Source: Tubiluchus corallicola
Lineage: Eukaryota; Animalia; Priapulida
Reading direction: 5' to 3'
NCBI GenBank assembly: GCA_030141605.1
Contig: JAQGDQ010000098.1
Location: 496,001-560,000 of the forward strand
Length of the DNA stretch: 64,000 bases
The translations under genes were made by a program, and so were the position numbers. Position 1 is the first letter of the stretch; the number at the start of each line of letters is the position of its first letter. Below the pieces are notes generated by a model. It saw only the letters and a program-made list of their open reading frames with translations. It did not search any database and had not been told where the DNA came from. This document shows positions 62,701 through 64,000 of the stretch, in pieces.

Positions 62701-63570
62701 AGGCCAAACAGGGGAACTCCTAATGAAATCACTTATCCCAGTTGCACTAGTGAGTTTTTATACCATCACTTGCTTAATTATTTAGAAATTTGGTTTGTTT
62801 GCCACTCTTATTATCTTACATTACCAGCTTTGAATTCACAGTAGTGGGTCACTGAAGCAGATGCCTGACATTTTGTATTATAGAACTATGCTGTTCCTTC
62901 AGATGCATTTAAATTGGCCAGTGTCTAATTATGTATTATGTCTTCTGTATAATCATACACGCATGATCTCGCTTGAAGTATTGTTAAGCAGTTTCCTACA
63001 GTGCTTTTAGTTTTTCTATGTTTTCTGCATGTACGTCTCTAAAAGTTTTGCAGATTGAATCAGTCAAAAAATAGCAGTCCTATTGTACAGTCAAGAAATT
63101 GTTCAAGCATTGACTGTTCTCACATTCTAATCTTTTGCACTGTAATCTTTGTTATGATGTATGTTGTCATGTTCATCATCATTTTATCATTGTCATTATC
63201 ATCATCATCATCTTATCATTGTCACTGTTATCATCACCATCAATAAGATCATCGTAGTCATCATCATCAAGTGGGGTATAAACTTTACGTACTTTAGTTT
63301 AGTGAATTTACATTTGCCTTTATTGTAATTAGATACCAGCAGGCCGGATTCTGAAGTGTCTTTCCGGATGAACTACCGTACCATAGACAGTTGTGACAAT
63401 AGACAGACAGATGCTGTCAGTATTGCACTGAAGAAGCGTGTTTACGAGATCCACACTGCAATCGCTCTCTGTAAAGATGCAAACTGCGATACGCTGGCCG
63501 TGGATGTGGAGTGTATAGACACACGAAATGGGGCAGTGTTTTCCACTCGCGGCAACTTTGTTGCTCCAAG
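30310..63570 (+). CDS. uif: Uninflatable-like giant CTL/LDLa/CUB/Sushi/EGF/F5-8C/HYR/LamG surface protein (3' end beyond window)
   Basis: 29 frame-consistent exons: 30310-30423, 33127-33181, 33850-33931, 34251-34345, 37436-37648, 44030-44128, 44777-44910, 46481-46694, 47018-47163, 47824-48022, 48213-48382, 49249-49420, 49622-49801, 50155-50337, 50655-50840, 51286-51462, 51700-51813, 52959-53050, 53160-53381, 53474-53633, 54157-54348, 54835-55020, 55218-55628, 56158-56352, 56752-57662, 57967-61546, 61908-62144, 62531-62749, 63333-63570. Domain order SP-CTL-LDLa-3xCUB-4xSushi-EGF-F5/8C-EGF-Sushi-HYR-Ephrin-receptor-like-EGF array-LamG-HYR matches my recollection of Drosophila Uif. Confidence 0.85.
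32549..32611. mobile_element. 63-bp hairpin miniature element (Harbinger-like termini)
   Basis: gagtctatttaca..tttttgacg-tctg-cgtcaaaaa..tgtaaataggccc, an imperfect palindrome. Confidence 0.6.
33127..37648 (+). CDS. uif: uif-like exons encoding a C-type lectin domain (33127-33181, 33850-33931, 34251-34345, 37436-37648)
   Basis: [51 protein letters not shown]. Confidence 0.9.
33386..33458 (-). pseudogene. Degenerate tRNA-like sequence (TGT anticodon, Thr-like)
   Basis: Minus strand: GACACAG-TA-ATCTAGTGATCATGGCA-TTCAC-CTTGTAA-GCAAA-TAACC-CTTGG-TTCAAAC-TCAGG-CTCTGTC. Acceptor stem pairs 6/7, A/B boxes present, followed by TTTTT. Confidence 0.65.
33530..33602 (+). pseudogene. Degenerate tRNA-like sequence, homologous to the adjacent inverted copy
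   Basis: A box agtctagtggt, anticodon arm tttgc-attataa-gcaag, B box agttcaactcc, followed by an oligo-T run. Confidence 0.55.
36793..37126 (-). mobile_element. Non-autonomous Helitron, ~334 bp
   Basis: Minus strand A|TCGCATATATT...cgcaaaa-tt-ttttgcg hairpin-aggctttgCTAG|T: TC start, subterminal hairpin, CTAG end, AT target site. Confidence 0.75.
37895..38200 (+). mobile_element. Highly degraded LINE reverse-transcriptase fragment
   Basis: Ordered remnants [15 protein letters not shown] (FADD-like), DWF..NKL..KT and TVKLL.VTI across frameshifts. Confidence 0.5.
39700..40350. mobile_element. CpG-rich inverted-repeat element (MITE-like)
   Basis: aagtccaatagtcgctaaaa (39731-39750) is the 19/20 reverse complement of 40297-40316; outer tttgtgac / gtcacaaa; interior rich in tcgc/gcga. 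Confidence 0.6.
40805..40818 (-). promoter_or_regulatory. CTCF-like motif
   Basis: CCTCTAGATGGCGC on the minus strand, close to the CCACTAGATGGCGC consensus. Confidence 0.45.
44030..44128 (+). CDS. uif: uif-like LDL-receptor class A exon
   Basis: [30 protein letters not shown]; phase 1-1. Confidence 0.92.
44777..49420 (+). CDS. uif: uif-like three CUB domains (six exons)
   Basis: [51 protein letters not shown]. Confidence 0.9.
47599..47732. repeat. Compound microsatellite (ATCC)n-(AT)n
   Basis: Seen directly in the sequence. Confidence 0.97.
48531..49130. mobile_element. Probable truncated hAT (Ac-like) MITE
   Basis: tagggatgtaccggat left end and an atccgg/gatccga repeat cluster at 49077-49130; right TIR not found. 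Confidence 0.4.
49622..51813 (+). CDS. uif: uif-like four Sushi exons and one Ca-binding EGF exon
   Basis: Phase 1-1 exons with the C..C..C..W..C Sushi pattern; [19 protein letters not shown]. Confidence 0.9.
51880..52703 (+). mobile_element. 5'-truncated non-LTR retrotransposon (CR1/L2-group) in a uif intron
   Basis: Uninterrupted ~220-aa RT C-terminus ([39 protein letters not shown]), then an AT-rich 3' UTR ending at aataaa. Confidence 0.9.
52959..56352 (+). CDS. uif: uif-like F5/8 type C, EGF and four Sushi modules (seven exons)
   Basis: [27 protein letters not shown]; [12 protein letters not shown]; Sushi patterns. Confidence 0.9.
56752..57662 (+). CDS. uif: uif-like exon with two HYR domains and a Sushi-like module
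   Basis: [17 protein letters not shown] and [23 protein letters not shown]. Confidence 0.9.
57967..61546 (+). CDS. uif: uif-like 3.58-kb exon: Ephrin-receptor-like repeats, PAN-like, SUEL-like, 14 EGF, LamG/pentraxin
   Basis: 1206-aa ORF; acceptor ctttccag| at 57966, donor |gtataa at 61547. Confidence 0.95.
61908..63570 (+). CDS. uif: uif-like HYR, Sushi-like and following exons (61908-62144, 62531-62749, 63333-63570)
   Basis: [31 protein letters not shown]; splice phases consistent. Confidence 0.88.
63172..63269. repeat. Degenerate (ATC)n microsatellite
   Basis: Seen directly in the sequence. Confidence 0.8.
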
Positions 63571-64000
63571 GTAATTCAGTGATAAGCAGACTTAATCAAA
63601 TCTAGCGTGAATAATAAACGATGCTCAATATTAAGTTATTCCGTTTATGTCTTCAAGTTTTCACTTTGTGTTTCCTTGGCTTTCATTTTTAATTACGTGA
63701 CACTTTTGGTGTCATTTAAGCTATTTATATCTACTTGTTCAACTGCATTGCATTGCCAATTGAAATCTGAGCTAGTATCAGTTGGTATTATTTGGTGTTG
63801 TACAGAATTTTTGACACTGACATTGCCAAAGCCATATCATTCTCAACATGAAATGCATGTAAACTGCTGGAGTATATCGCACTGTATCACGTGTTACCAC
63901 CACTTAGTTTATATCTGGCCGTACTGTGGTCTACTGACAGTACATTTTTTCAGAAATTATGAAATATCATTTTAATTTTTTTCGTACTGTTTACTTTTTC

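Overview
AT-rich, intron-rich animal (bilaterian invertebrate) genomic DNA, not prokaryotic. All identifications are by eye from motifs and splice-phase continuity; no database search was run. Three protein-coding genes lie on the + strand. (1) The 3' half of a C2CD2/C2CD2L (TMEM24)-family ER-plasma membrane contact protein (window start to stop at 19772): C2 end, disordered linker, polybasic region, atypical C1 domain and an ER/K-rich helical tail. (2) A single-exon class A GPCR of the FMRFamide-receptor-like group (14662-15651), nested on the same strand inside an intron of gene 1. (3) A very large uninflatable (uif)-like surface protein gene starting at ATG 30310, with 29 frame-consistent coding exons (about 3,050 codons) and running off the window end. 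Introns hold LINE fragments, a hAT MITE inserted into a CR1-type LINE, a non-autonomous Helitron, three copies of a Kolobok-like repeat, a divergent pair of tRNA-like sequences and microsatellites. The most interesting observations are: small in-frame candidate exons of the TMEM24 homolog that each encode a short docking motif (calcineurin PxIxIT-like and LxVP, a LIR-like motif), the nested GPCR, and a PAN+SUEL lectin insert in the Uif-like protein.
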